64,000 nucleotides of DNA from Lytechinus pictus (GCF_037042905.1 NC_087250.1:26724001-26788000); one strand, 5' to 3'; shown: positions 1-13,999, counted from the stretch's first letter. Translations and numbers: made by a program. Notes: generated by a model not told the origin, from the letters alone.

Positions 1-1857
1 TTAACTTACCGATAGTAAATTCCGATAAAGTCACAAAGGCTATTAAAACTTTAAATACAAATTCGTCTTGTGGCCTTGATGGAATAAGTTGTAAAATGAT
101 TAAATTATGTGGTCACGTTTTGATTCCTTCTTTAGTATCTTTGATAAAAAATTCTTTTTCATCCTGCTCTTTTCCAAAGGAATGGAAGGAAGCTAAAAAT
201 TTTCCCCTTCATAAATAGGGTAGTACTGAAGAAATTAATAATTATAGGCCGATTTCAGTGTTAAGTATTGTTTCCAAGATTGTAGAATAGATTGTTAATA
301 CAGAACTAGATTCGTTTCTGAATGTTTCTGGATTATTATGTGAAAGCCAATTCGGGTTTAGAAAAAAACATTCAACTGAAACTGCATTAGTGTATATGGT
401 TAATGATTGGTATACAAGTATTAGTAATGGGAAAATGGTCGGTGTAATTTTAAAAGGCCTTCGATTTGGTAGATTTGGATTTGCTGTTATTAAAATTGCA
501 AAAATGTGGTTTCTCATCAGACTCAATCAAATGGTTTAATTCTTATCTATTTAATAGATCACAACGTGTTAATATAAATGGGGTACTTTCTGAAACTAAA
601 GAGATGCGGAAAGGAGTACCGCAGGGATCCATATTGGGCCCAAAATTATTTTCCATATTTATAAATGATATGCCTAATGTAATGAAACACTCTAAAATAG
701 TTACGTACGCAGACGATACATCTATTTATGCTGAAGGTGATAGTTTAACTGAAATACAAAATAAATTACAATTGGATTTAGAAAATGTAGCCTGCTGGTT
801 AGAAAAAAACCGTATGATGATGAATTATGAAAAAACAAAATGTATGATTATTGGTACACGTGTTCGACTTGCAAACTCTATTCATTCCAATGAATCTCAG
901 TTAAAAATAATTTGTAATGGTCACGAGATTATACAAGTTCAATCCTTTGAATGTTTAGGTATTCTTATTGATAATGAATTATCATGGAAAGAACATGTAT
1001 CTAAAGTAGCCAATAATGTTAGCAGGGAGTTAGGTATCCTACGAAGGTTAAAAGGTTGTGTCAATGAAAATACTTTACTCACTTTATATAATGCTATGGT
1101 TTTGCCATTTCTAGATTATTGTTGTATTGTCTGGGGGGATAAATTCAAAGAAGATACCGAAAGATTGAATAAGTTACAGAAAAGAGCTGCAAGGATAATT
1201 TTAAATGCCCATTTCTTGACCCCTTCGGAAAATTTATTTGCCCTCTTAGACTGGAAAAGATTTGAAGATAGAGTTCGCATATTTAGATTTATTTTAATGT
1301 TCAAATGTATGAAATGTATTTCTCCCACTTGTCTGTCCAAACTATTTACTTTTAGGAAAGAAATTCATTCACACTGTACAAGAAGTTCCTCACAAAATAA
1401 GTTACACTTCCCAAAATGTCATATTGAATCATTCAAACACTCATTTCATTATCAAGCCGTCTCATTATGGAATAGTCTTCAACCTGAACCTCAAAACATA
1501 AATTCCCTCACAATTTTTAAGAAATATTTAAACGGTAACCTTTAAATCCAGTTGCAGCTTCTTCTTTTTTCCAATAGTAGATATCTCCAATGTCAATTTC
1601 GATTATTATGTTCTATGTATGTATATTCCCTTCTTTCCAATGATGTGCGTAGTTAATAGTTATTTATAGTTTCATTTATATCTTACTTCAACTATTATGT
1701 TATATTACAATGTATGTATATTTTCTGTTAATTTTACTGTGTATAATAAGATATATTGTGATTGTTTTTTTATATGCAGGACCCCAAGGGAGAGCAATTT
1801 TTATGTTGATTGGGTATCCTGTTGAAATATTGTTAATAAATAAATAAATAAAATAAA
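1..1857 (+). mobile_element. CR1/L2-clade LINE, 3' portion (RT remnant, 3' UTR, (AATA)n tail)
   Basis: ORF 466-1545 has GVPQGSILGP and YADD RT motifs; the upstream part (NYRPIS, QFGFR...HST) has stops/frameshifts; ends in aataaataaataaataaa at ~1836-1857. Confidence 0.9.
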
Positions 1858-2589
1858 CTTATTTTATTAACTCGTCTTCCTCTTCTTATGTTTTACTTTT
1901 TTCTCCTCTCTTTTCCCTTTTTTGTCTCTTTTTGCTCCGCCTATAGGGGGGCCGGGCCCCTGGGGGCCCCCTGGATCCGCTTATAGATTCCATATGAATT
2001 TTGAGAGTGGTTTCGTTCTGGTATCTTTCTTGCTTGAATAATTTGATGTAGTTTATATATCTATCTTTGAATTTCCCCCCCCCCCTACAATCCTGAAGTA
2101 ATACTTCTCTTCGTTGCCATGTCGGATCTTCGCCTTGTATACCAGAGCCGTCTGAATACACTTTTCTTGTAATGGATATTGTTTTTTTTTTTGCCGACAG
2201 TTACATTTTGGCTTATCTTCTGCGCGTGGATTTGATTGTTTGATGACTTTTTGGTTGTGGTTTTTTGTTACGGTATCCAGGGGCCGTATTATGGAAATTA
2301 TCTTATTAAAAAGAGAATTTTTTGTATCTTTAGAGTTACAATAAAATCCGTAATCTAAAAACTCTTGTATCTCTTCTTGTATCTTTCACTTAGCGCTTAT
2401 GACGTCAGAATTACAATGATGCGTAAAGTTAACAAGTGGAACGCCTCTGGCAGTCTCGCCTGCATTACGCGATTTAATATAGCAGCAGTGCTAACTTTGA
2501 AAACTACTATAAAATAATCATTCACAAAAACACCATTCATATAATGACATAATACCACGTTCATTGACCATGAATGACATTTGAACGGT

Positions 2590-3618
2590 GACTTAAGACT
2601 TGTCAACTACACCCATGTCCACATTTCATTCACTCTACAGTATCTATAAACTTTCAAAGTTATGATGGCAATTCAACAATTACCCCAACATTGCCTAAGT
2701 TTATTGACCTTAACTGACCTTTGACCTTGGTTTTGTGACCTGAAACTCACAGGGGATGTTCAGTGATACTTGATTACTCTTATATCCGAAGTTTTATGAA
2801 CTAGATCCATAAACTTTCAGAGTTACGATGGTAATTCAACAAATACCCCCAACACGGCCAAAGTTCATTGACCTTTAATGACCTTTGACCATGGTCATGT
2901 GACCTGAAACTCGTACAGGATGTTCAGTGATACCTGATTACTCTTTTGTCCAAGTTTTATGAACTAGATCCGTAAACTTTCAGAGTTAGGATGGTAATTT
3001 AACAAATACCCCCAACACGGCCAAAGTTCATTGACCTTAAATGACCATTGACCATAGTCATGTGACCTGAAACTCGCACAGGATATTCAGTGGTACTTAA
3101 TTAACCTAATATCAGTTTCATGAACTAGATCCATAAATTTTCAAAGTTATGATGGTAATTCAACAAATACCCCCAACTTGACCAAAGTTCATTGACCCTA
3201 AATGACCTTTGACCTTGGTCACGTGACCTGAAACTCAAGCAGGATGTTTACTTTTACTTGATTAACCTTATGCCCAAGTTTCATGAACTAGGTCCATATA
3301 CTTTCTAAGTTATGATGTCATTTCAAAAACTTAACCTTCGGTTAAGATTTTGAAAATAATTCTCCCAACATGGTCAAAGTTCATTGACCCTAAATGACCT
3401 TTGACCTTGGTCATGTGACCTGAAACTCAGGCAGGATGTTCAGTAATACTTGATTAACCTTATGGCCAAGTTTCATGAACTAGGTCCATAGACATTCTAA
3501 GTTATGATGTCATTTCAAAAACTTAACCTTAGGTTAAGATTTGATGTTGACGCCGCCGCCGTCGCCGTCGGAAAAGCGGCGCCTATAGTCTCGCTCTGCT
3601 ATGCAGGCGAGACAAAAA
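2590..3618 (+). repeat. Non-autonomous Helentron/HINE-like element with ~140-bp tandem array
   Basis: Repeated unit (aaagttcattgacc...gtgacctgaaactc...gatgttcag) about 6 times, then a (gcc)n tract and a 3' hairpin gtctcgc...gcgagac followed by an A-run. Confidence 0.6.
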
Positions 3619-5477
3619 CGGCGCATATATCGCTGTGCGCAAGATAACACATCGAGATAGTAGGTAGTCTGAAAATTATATTGTATTTTTTTTTTTTAGT
3701 ATTTCAAAATATTTATTCAGGATAACAACATGTATCAGCACAATGGCTGTTTTACATCATGGTCCTGAAGGACAAAATACAATCAGTAGAATAATTCAAT
3801 ATTCATAAGATTGATATACAAGCAACAAAATAGATATAAGACAAACAAAATAGCAAAACTTAAGAGTACGACAAAAATTTTGAATCAAGAGAAATGTGAT
3901 AAGTCGAGTTTGAAAGTAGAAACAATTGTTTGAATGTCAGTGAAAATATTGTCTTTGCATTTTGTTAACTTCCTTGCAAAATACAAGAGAATTTAACAGA
4001 GGTAGGGGGCTATTGTAACTTAATGTTGAATGCGATGTTTTCTCGGTCAACAATAATAATTTCTTGCTGCACCCCGCAAGAACATCTTGTTTTACAAAAG
4101 GAGACATTCCCAAGACGTTATAACGACGGAATGGTAGACTTTTCAGCAATTGAAAATTTTCATTCGTGATGATGATTCTTTTCAGAAAAAATACCATAAT
4201 GGCGTACAGGCATAGTCGTCGGTGGCGCAGAGGAAATTGCGCCGCGTGTCAACAATGCGCTTAATTTTTTTAGAAGGGACGCTTCTATTGGTTGACCGAA
4301 ACATACAAATTTAATGATTGCTTGATGATAAAATATTAGGCGTGCAGAGATAAATTAGGGTACGTCCTTAGAGAAACGAAGCAATTTTCATAATACCGAT
4401 TTAAGAGAATTTTAGCCAGCTGTTATCTTGCCGAGTTACAAGAAAAATTTAAGACAATTTTCAAAATACCACCCCATGTTTTTCATGCAACTGTAGCTAC
4501 CTTTTATTGTGATCTTGTTAAATATTTGGTTCAATTTGTGTCCCTTGGGAAGTGCTTCATTATTAACTTAAGGAATCTCCTACGTTGGTTTTTACCAAAT
4601 TACCTCGACCAGGGAGTTGTTTAATGCCTCGAGCGTTATAGTCTACATAATTACATACAGCCGAGATACATCACTGTTTCTTTCCGACAGTTCAGAGTTT
4701 CTAAAAATGTGATTTCGGGGGCAAATAGTAACATGTTTGCCAGATAATGACTGATCTCGTTATTACCTTTAAAGCAAAGTTTGTTGTGTAAGTAAGCATT
4801 CTCTAATATCCCTCAAACGGCTGAATCATCCTAACACTAGCACTGCATTTATAAAATATATATAAGGATCGCCTTCTTGCCTGATAATAAATTTACCCCT
4901 AACTCCCCTTATATAAACACCTAACCATATTGGGGTAGTTGTTCTTGTTCACTAATACGTGGTCCGATATAAGGAGATGTTGACAGGCAGTGCAAAAAAA
5001 TAAGCCTTATGTGTTATGGCGACTGAAAAAACAAAGACTACGCACGGAGAAAACGTCCGCCCCTCGGCGGAGAATTCGTCCACTCAACACAGTTATTTTG
5101 CCCGCGGACCCTCAAAAAACTGATTTATACTCTTTTTTCTCGTCCGCGCGGACTGATTTAACTGACCGGATGCTTTCTCCTCCTTTTTGAGGGGGGGTGG
5201 GGATATTTTTTACGGCTTTTAAGTCGAATGTGACTATCAAAGCCGTGACTATTTAAGCTTTGATGCGTGCCAGTGCGGCACACTTTATGGTACGACTTGG
5301 CTGTATCAGTTTACGCATTGTCCTGACGAGTTCACACATAGTTGTAACATGTGTTCGCATTGATTGTGCATAGTTCACGCAGTGTTCACTCACTGTCCCG
5401 AAGTGCTTTCAGCAAATATTCTCGACACCTAGACTGTGGGATGGTCGCTAAAATTCCCCAAAGCTACCTTCCCTATC

Positions 5478-6024
5478 ACCAATTTTTCCAAAGGGTAGAT
5501 AGCTCTGGGGAACTTTGATTTAAGCTACGCCTACCATTGTTCTCTTCATCCATTTCTTTCACAAAATATTTAGATAAAAGTGTTGCCAATGCTGTTGTAC
5601 ATGTATAATTTCACACATTTGTATTCTTTCTCCCATACGTGTACTGTATAAAAGCAATAGCTTTGATCCAGCTGAGGCATGGTGGCTTGTTATTGTTCAA
5701 AACCCATCTACACCCGACAAAGGGTATTAATAATTGGTATAGTGTCGAAAATCTGTCTATCTGACGGTCAATCGGATCGGGGTCGCCTTAGCCTCTAACC
5801 CGTCTCTGTGGTCTAGTGGTTAAGGCACCGGCGTTCAAAGCTGGAGGCCCGGGTTCGATTCCCGACAGGGAAATTTTTTCGGCATCACCAATTTTTCCAA
5901 AGGGTAGATAGTACTGGGGAACCTTGATTAAAGCTACGCCTACCATTGTTCTCTTCAACCATACATGTATCTTTCACAAAATATTTAAATAAAAGAGTTG
6001 CCAAAGCTATTGTACATGTATAAT

Positions 6025-6026
<2 letters not shown>
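5478..6026 (+). mobile_element. tRNA-carrying ~400-bp repeat, copy 1 (partial tandem: X-Y-tRNA-X)
   Basis: Segment atcaccaatttttccaaagggtagatag...gtacatgtataatt occurs at ~5478 and ~5884; ends at a (TA)n tract. Confidence 0.75.
5802..5873 (+). tRNA. tRNA-like gene, anticodon TCA (degenerate acceptor stem)
   Basis: A box tggtctagtgg, anticodon arm ccggc-gttcaaa-gctgg, B box ggttcgattcc, followed by T6. Confidence 0.55.
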
Positions 6027-6049
<23 letters not shown>

Positions 6050-6055
<6 letters not shown>

Positions 6056-8555
6056 TTTATTGGTTGGATTGCTTAACTAAGCTAGTCGTACAGACTGTTT
6101 CACCCTAAGGCTCATCAGCGACTGATTAGTATGAAGAACACAATTTTGGGACAGAATAAAGTATACAGAGCATGTGCATTAGGGTATAACATTGGGTTGA
6201 CAGAGATGAAAGGGGTTACTGAAGGGATACATGTGTATTGTTTATTACATCAGGGGTACTTAGGGGTCATTACTACATGGTTACATGTGAGGGGGGGGGG
6301 GCTGGTGGGGCTATCCATATCCAGCAAGGAGGAACTTTTTCTTATGTCTACAGGTAGATATGAGTTCAGTTCGAGAGTTCAAATTGTTGTTTCTGTTTGC
6401 GGTGATGATGAAGTATTTCTCCCATAGGCAGAGGTTGCAGCGTTTTGTGAGTGGAGAGTAGGGTTGTGCATGGCGTACAATTCTCCAGGTTATCTTGTGG
6501 GGTGTGCCCTCATCTTTCAGTTTCCAGATATGCTTACTGAGCTCGGTGCTGTGCCTCTTCTCTTTATCTTTAAATGACGCTTTGTGAGATGCATGTCTGG
6601 TTTTGAATGTGGTGGCGGTCAGTCCGATGTAGGATTTTTCGTCGTGGGGGGTGGTAACTTTGGCTTCATAGATCACGTTTTTTGTTGTGCATTTTCCTGG
6701 TAGAGGGCAGTCTTCTGTTTTCCGGCAGTTGCACTTTTCGGTTTCTCGGTTTTTTTCTGTTGTCGATACTTTGTTGTTGTGTGCCTTTATGGATTTGCCC
6801 ATGTTATCCATACAGCTGTAGCTTATCTTTAGGGTGTTTCTGTTGCAGATTTTATGGAGTTCATGTTCCTTGGGGAAGTGTTGGTCCACCAGGGCCAGAA
6901 ATCTTTTCCCGATGTTTGTGTTGACATTTTGGCTATATGGCGGGTTGAACCAGGTTATCGTCCTTTTCCTTTTCTGTTGGCTTGGCCTTGTATCCGTGTT
7001 GTTCTTGGGGTTGTAGGTGAGGGTAGCATTGTGGCCGGCTTCGACGTCACCATGGGCTCATATGACGGAGCAGAAACATGCGAGATGGTGGGAACGTACA
7101 TCCTCGCCGAAATCAACAGCATCATACCCAAAGAAAACATCGGCCTCTACAGAGACGACGGATTAGCCGTGATCAGCAAACCACCAGCCATAGCTGAACG
7201 CATCAAAAAACGGCTCTGCGACAAATTTCAACAACTAGGCCTCCAAATAACAGCCACAGCTAATTCAACAGTCACCGACTTCCTCGATGTCACTTTCGAC
7301 TTGACCAAGATGGAATACAAGCCATACGCCAAACCAGGAAACACCCCTACGTACGTTCATGTTGAATCCAATCACCCACCCAGCATCACCAAAAGAATAC
7401 CCAAATCCATAGAAACCCGACTATCCAATATCTCAAGCAGCGAGGAAATATTCAACAATGCCAAACCGGAATACGAAAAAGCCCTGAACGAAGCCGGCCA
7501 CAATGCTACCCTCACCTACAACCCCAAGAACAACACGGATACAATTAGGCCAAGCCAACAGAAAAGGAAAAGGACGATAACCTGGTTCAACCCGCCATAT
7601 AGCCAAAATGTCAACACAAACATCGGGAAAAGATTTCTGGCCCTGGTGGACCAACACTTCCCCAAGGAACATGAACTCCATAAAATCTGCAACAGAAACA
7701 CCCTAAAGATAAGCTACAGCTGCATGGATAACATGGGCAAATCCATAAAGGCACACAACAACAAAGTATCGACAACAGAAAAAAACCGAGAAACCGAAAA
7801 GTGCAACTGCCGGAAAACAGAAGACTGCCCTCTACCAGGAAAATGCACAACAAAAAACGTGATCTACGAAGCCAAAGTTACCACCCCCCACGACGAAAAA
7901 TCCTACATCGGACTGACCGCCACCACATTCAAAACCAGACATGCATCTCACAAAGCGTCATTTAAAGATAAAGAGAAGAGGCACAGCACCGAGCTCAGTA
8001 AGCATATCTGGAAACTGAAAGATGAGGGCACACCCCACAAGATATAACCTGGAGAATTGTACGCCATGCACAACCCTACTCTCCACTCACAAAACGCTGC
8101 AACCTCTGCCTATGGGAGAAATACTTCATCATCACCGCAAACAGAAACAACAATTTGAACTCTCGAACTGAACTCATATCTACCTGTAGACATAAGAAAA
8201 AGTTCCTCCTTGCTGGATATGGATAGCCCCACCAGCCCCCCCCCCCCCTCACATGTAACCATGTAGTAATGACCCCTAAGTACCCCTGATGTAATAAACA
8301 ATACACATGTATCCCTTCAGTAACCCCTTTCATCTCTGTCAACCCAATGTTATACCCTAATGCACATGCTCTGTATACTTTATTCTGTCCCAAAATTGTG
8401 TTCTTCATACTAATCAGTCGCTGATGAGCCTTAGGGTGAAACAGTCTGTACGACTAGCTTAGTTAAGCAATCCAACCAATAAATTATTTATACTCAGCTC
8501 CTACACAGTCGAGCACTATTAGATATTGCAGTATATCACTATATACTTACCTACC
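6050..8555 (+). mobile_element. Penelope-like retroelement, 5'-truncated with ~1-kb inverted 3' copy
   Basis: Body from ~7041: FDVTMGSYDGAE, YRDDGL (RT) and NVIYEA...SYIGLT (GIY-YIG); 2-bp frameshift near 8043; 6050-7043 is the reverse complement of ~7489-8490; flanked by (TA)n. Confidence 0.93.
8416..8455 (+). ncRNA. Minimal hammerhead ribozyme in the Penelope pLTR (inverted copy at 6084-6123)
   Basis: agtcg-CTGATGA-gcc ttag ggt-GAAA-cag t ctg-TA-cgact: stems I, II and III pair, GUA cleavage triplet. Confidence 0.85.
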
Positions 8556-8579
8556 TATATATATATATATATATATATA

Positions 8580-9023
8580 TTGTAAGGAAATGGATAAAGA
8601 GAACAAAGGTAGGCGTAGCTTAAATCAAGGTTCCCCAGAGCTATCTACCCTTTGGAAAAATTGGTGATGCCGAAAAAATGGCTTGTCATTGTTCAAAACC
8701 CACCTTCACCCGACAAAGGAAATTATAATTGGCATGGTGTCAAAAATCTGTCTATCTGACGGTCAATCGGATCGGGGTCGCCCTAGCCACTAACCCGTCT
8801 CTGTGGTCTAGTGGTTAAGGCACCGGCGTTCAAAGCTGGGGGCCCGGGTTCGATTCCCGGCAGAGACATTTTTTCGGCATCACCAATTTTTCCAAAGGGT
8901 AGATAGCTCTGGGGAACCTTGATTTAAGCTACGCCTACCTTTGTTCTCTTTATCCATTTCCTTACAATATTTAAATAAAAAAGAGTTGCCTAAAGCTGTT
9001 GTACATGTATAACTTTACACATT
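8580..9023 (+). mobile_element. tRNA-carrying repeat, copy 2, with inverted 5' segment
   Basis: 8580-8680 is the reverse complement of ~8867-8968; (TA)n on both sides. Confidence 0.75.
8797..8868 (+). tRNA. Intact-looking 72-nt tRNA gene with TCA (opal-reading) anticodon
   Basis: Acceptor GTCTCTG/CAGAGAC+A, D arm GTCT/AGGC, anticodon stem CCGGC/GCTGG with loop GT-TCA-AA (8830-8832), short variable loop, T arm CCGGG-TTCGATT-CCCGG, T6 terminator at 8869-8874. Confidence 0.7.
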
Positions 9024-12000
9024 TATATATATATATATATTGTGAGCCATCCTGGGAAAATGGGTATTTATAGGTGAAATTTTGGATTTTGGTTTTTGTT
9101 ATGTCTCCTGGTACCTGGACACATGTACAATGTGTCTACAAAATATTAGAGTCTGATTCATATTTAAATTAGAGATATGGCCAATCGAATCATGGGTACC
9201 CTCCCCCCCCCCCCCCCCTTGGTTGCATGGGTAGTTGGGCTAATTTTTCATCTTTTCATGTTAGGGAAATATTGGTTCTTTTATAATACCCAACATAGGC
9301 GAGGTGATCTCGTGTAGCATGGTGTAGTGCAGACATAATTTCATACATACACATCTAGGCCAATACAATAAAAAAATTTTCAAAATATTCAACCACACCC
9401 ACATACTCACATTTCATGCAAAAAAACTTATGGAGACTATATTTCATACTATATATAGTTTGTCAGAGCGCGCAGTTTTAACATGGGAGGAGGTCACTAG
9501 ATCCAATGACCAGGGGCAGATGGGGGAGGATTACTTATCATATCTTTTTTGTTTTGGGGGGCAGCTTATCATTTTTTTGGGGGGGAGCAGCTTAACATTT
9601 TTGGGGGCAGAGTGCCCACCCCACATGATCCGCAAAACATTTTCGAAAATGGTAGGGGACTGTCAATGCAAAAAAAATCACAATCAAATGGCAATTTTGT
9701 ACATGTTTATACATGTGTTTTTGAAGTGGGGGCCAAAGCCCCTGTCCACCTCAATCCTAGATTTATCCCTGCCCATATCCCCCCCCCAAAAAAAAAAAAG
9801 AGACACCACCTAGCTCTTTGTCCATTCTTCACTTTCTCGCAAAGTAAAATCTATTTTTAAAAAATCATGCTTAAGCTTTGAAAAATAATAGACACAAACA
9901 AAAAATAAATTTTGCAAAAGCAAGTTTTTTCTGTGGCAATAAACATTAATGAAAAAAATTATGCGGGCTACATTTCATAAAAAGTTACCAAGAGAGCAAC
10001 TCTTGATGAAGCAGAAGTTTCACTGTTGTCATGGCAGCAAGGGATCAAATAACATTTTATGAAATGGGCCCCAGTTGGTTTCTTTTTAGGGATGGGGTAG
10101 TCATGGAAATATATTTCACACATTGCTGCCAAATTATCTGGATCACTGAAGGATTATGTTTTTTTTGTCACTTCGTTTAAAAAGAAGAAAAAAGAATGTG
10201 CCTAAAACTTGGTTCCACATATCAAAACGACAGGCATTATAACTAACAAATAATCACAAATACACAGGTTTCTGATCTTACTTTTTAAAAACTTTTTCCC
10301 CTGCTACACTCGATCTGTACACGTGTGTAGTGGAAATGCGTTGTAAACATCTTATGCTTCAGTAAAAAAATATCAGTTTAATTCTTGATATGGAAGTGAC
10401 TACATAATAGTAATAGCAAAGGTCAGAGATGTGCATCGCTCTCCACTGTCGAAATTGCACTAAAATGGATATAAAACACGATAATCTATCCTTAGTGTGT
10501 GTCTTTAACATTATCACACACTTCTTGATAAAGCAGCAAACTTTCCACAATTCAACTTTCTACAATGACATCCTTCTAATGGGTAAGCAAACGGTGCAAA
10601 TTAAGTTAAAGGTTTTTTTTTTTCGAAAAACTCATAGAGTTTCTTCATTCAAAGAGAAACATGTATGTATAGTTCCATTTCCTCCCCCACCAGGGAGGCT
10701 GAGGTGCCAAGAGATCTGCCTTGTACTCATCTAAGATCTTTCCATATGTCCTCTTCCTTCTCCTTGGAAAGTCCATTTGATAGCTAATAGCTGGGAGCAT
10801 CTGAGAGAGTATGTCAGCAGAGTTCACCAAAAGGCAGAATTTTTCTTCCTCTGCAACCGATGACTCGAATCTGCAAGTTTGATGAATGTAAATGAAAAGT
10901 TTACCGATATTAATGTGTTATAAAGAACAGTCACATTACTCTCTCATTTCTTCACGATTCATAGACATTATCAACAACATGATATTCAACATACATTAAC
11001 TTTTCTTTTTTTTTATTTGTGTAAATGTTACATGATTTATTATATGGAAGTACTCCCTGATTTCATATGTTTCTATTAAAAATAAATAAGATTAAACTAT
11101 TGCTGGGTTAAACAAAAATCCCGCAAAAAATCACACATTGTCAAGATGTTCATATTCAAATGTTTAATTTCGATATATCGCTTGCAAACAGCTTTCTCTG
11201 ATCCTTGGTCCAAATTCTGTATTTTTGTTTCAATTTGTATGGTGTTCATCATCATTTTATATTTGTTCTATTTTCCAATTTCTATGATTCTAGATTTCAT
11301 TTAAAATTGATTATAAAACAATATTTTATAAAACGGCAATTAACTGACTTCGTGGGGAAATCGGTCACAACTGACATGGCAAAGTCAAAACTGGCACACT
11401 CTTTCCATATAGAAAATAGATAAAGCATGGAAAGTTACCTGAAGCGGTGGTATTGGTGAATCCCATATCAGAGCCTTGAAGTACTACTTGAAGGGCTGCT
11501 GTCATATACCATGTATATGTTGTTCTGAGATGCCTTGTCCTCACTGCACTAATACAGTTGTTCTGTGGATCCATGATGAGCCTTTAACATAACAAAATAG
11601 AACGAGACCAATTAATAAACAAATATTCGAGGTTAAAAATTATTTGAAAAAACACTACGTAAGAAAAACACTTAAAAAAACATTTAAAACTACTAAATAA
11701 TCATTTTTTAATACTAAAAAATATTTTTTATTTTTTTCTGAAATATGAATAAATCAACAAAGTGCCCATTCTTATTTCAAGATTGAATGATTTTGTGTAA
11801 AAAGTTGGGGAACCTCAAGTAATGTAGCTCTACCAGATGGTAGAAAAAAAATAGCCCCCCCCCCCCCCCGCAAAACAAATATTGTAAATTTAAAAAAAAT
11901 TGTATAAATTTCTAGTTATGATTTCAATATCATTTGCACATTTTTGGTGAACCTCATACCAAATGGACCCGAACCCCCTCCGAAAAAAAATCAAATATGA

Positions 12001-13999
12001 AATCAGAAGACCGACAAATGAGCATTTGTTTGGAGGGGGATTTTTAAAATGTCCATAATTAACCCATTTAAATGGGTACTCCGAGCTGAAAATGATCTTA
12101 TTAAATAGATTAAAATACAACAAGCAAATGCTTAAAATTTCATCAAAATCTGATAACTAAAGGATTTTTTAGCAATATTTTGTAAAAAAACAGTTATATT
12201 CACGTCTTAATAAATATTCATTAGATGGGCTGATAATGTCATATCCCCACTTTACATTTTCTTATGTTAAAACATGAAATCATACTTATTTCAATTTTTT
12301 TTCATACATGTTTGAATGATATGTCACCCTTAGAAAAAAACAGAACATAATTTTATGTAATAAAATACAAAATAACAAGTTGAGACATCTTTGCATCAGT
12401 TTGCTAATTAAATTCATAAAGACATGCATAGAACTGTTTCACCGAAATAATTTACTTTTTTAAATTTTCATAACTTTTTTACTCCTTGTCCAATTTTGAT
12501 CATTAAAAAAAACAATTTTTTAACGAAATTGTTGCATGTGATAGATTTAACGTTAATGGTTACAAGTATGTAACGAAGGTCTATTTAAGTAGGCATAGAT
12601 CTAGATCTAGTTGATAGCCTAGGCAGACATAAGTTAGATCTAATTCTACTTAGGTAGATCGAGGCCTTGATATAGAGGTCCTATAAACTACAACATTACT
12701 TTTTGAAAATTGACTGATTTTTGTTTAATGAATCACTCTCATGACTAGCATAGACCTATCTCTATGTTTGGGGATCTAGGCTAGTACGTCATAACAGATC
12801 CAACGAATGTTGGCTAGAGTCTAACTTTAGGCTTTGTTACTAGATAATGATATGATTTTCAAAGATAAGAAAATAATTTGTCCGCCAAAAAGTTCAACAG
12901 AAAAAAATGTTGCAACTTAATCATAGAGGTCTACGTTAAGACGATTTCAGAAACGACCCATCGTTCTTGGTATGAATTACAATTGCTATCATAAGCTTTC
13001 CGATTTTCTAAGCTAAAAAAAACTAGGCCGTCAAAGGCCCGGACAAAAACCGCGAATCGCTGCAGCAGTCGCATGACATTTGGAGTTTGAAGTCGTTCTT
13101 AAAATAAAGTAAAAAGCTCTCGCTCGATCCACATTTGACACGCACACAAATTCACATTCACGTGTTTAGTTTTCATGCTCCTCACATCGCAATTATCAAT
13201 GAATTTCATTAAACAACTCAATCTGCAACATAATTTAACTCACCTTCATGGATTTGAGCCAGGGGAATTAGGTCCAAGAATTATAGTCAATCCGAATCCG
13301 CAGGCCACCAAATATATCGAGCCGATATCCACAGTTCTGAAAAATAAAAATGTGCCTTTCCCGCGGGATGTTTGTTTTGTTTGTCCTCGCGACGCGCGCC
13401 AGACGAAAGTTTGATGACACGCGTAATCAAATGACGTCCTAGCGCATTTATTGTACAACGCCTACTTAGCTTGTTGTACGCGAGCAAATGGGAGGCTGAA
13501 TGTCAAACATTCGTACCGTTGCACAAAAGACGTACCATCCAAAATGTACCGTTGCACGGCTTTAGGAGGTGACGTCACAATACGATTTAACTCATTGCGC
13601 TCGGTAAAAATGAACAATACGCTTATAAGCCAGCTGGCTAAATGCGCAAGGCTGCCCAAGGTCATGTGCGCTTGTGGAATTTTGCTTTCTGCTTTCGGTA
13701 TTTTTGCTCCCTTTTCATAGATTACTATAGGGATAAACTCTTTGTTTTTTCATATTTTCGCTAAATTCCGAGGCGTTGTACAACACAAATATCGAATATT
13801 CTTATTCGTGCAATGGTGCGAGATTTCGCATTCGGTGAAAGAAAGAAACGCTCTATTCAACTCGCTCACGCCTCATTGAATAGAGCATCTTTCTTTCACC
13901 TCATGCGAAATCTCGCACCATCGCACTCATGCCTATTCGCTATTTGTATATTGTCTCTCACCAATAGTCTGGTTTTCGCGCGACGCCACATATATATAT

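Noticed and set aside
2280..4475. Harbinger-like MITE (ggggccgtatt.../...aataccacccc)
   Set aside because: TIR match is imperfect and there is no clear TSD; too weak to list as a feature
6854..7043. N-terminus of the 397-aa ORF as real protein
   Set aside because: It is antisense sequence from the inverted Penelope copy, joined in frame by chance
8797..8868. Selenocysteine tRNA or tRNA-Glu(TTC)
   Set aside because: No long variable arm or extended acceptor stem for Sec; stem pairing centres the loop on TCA, not TTC
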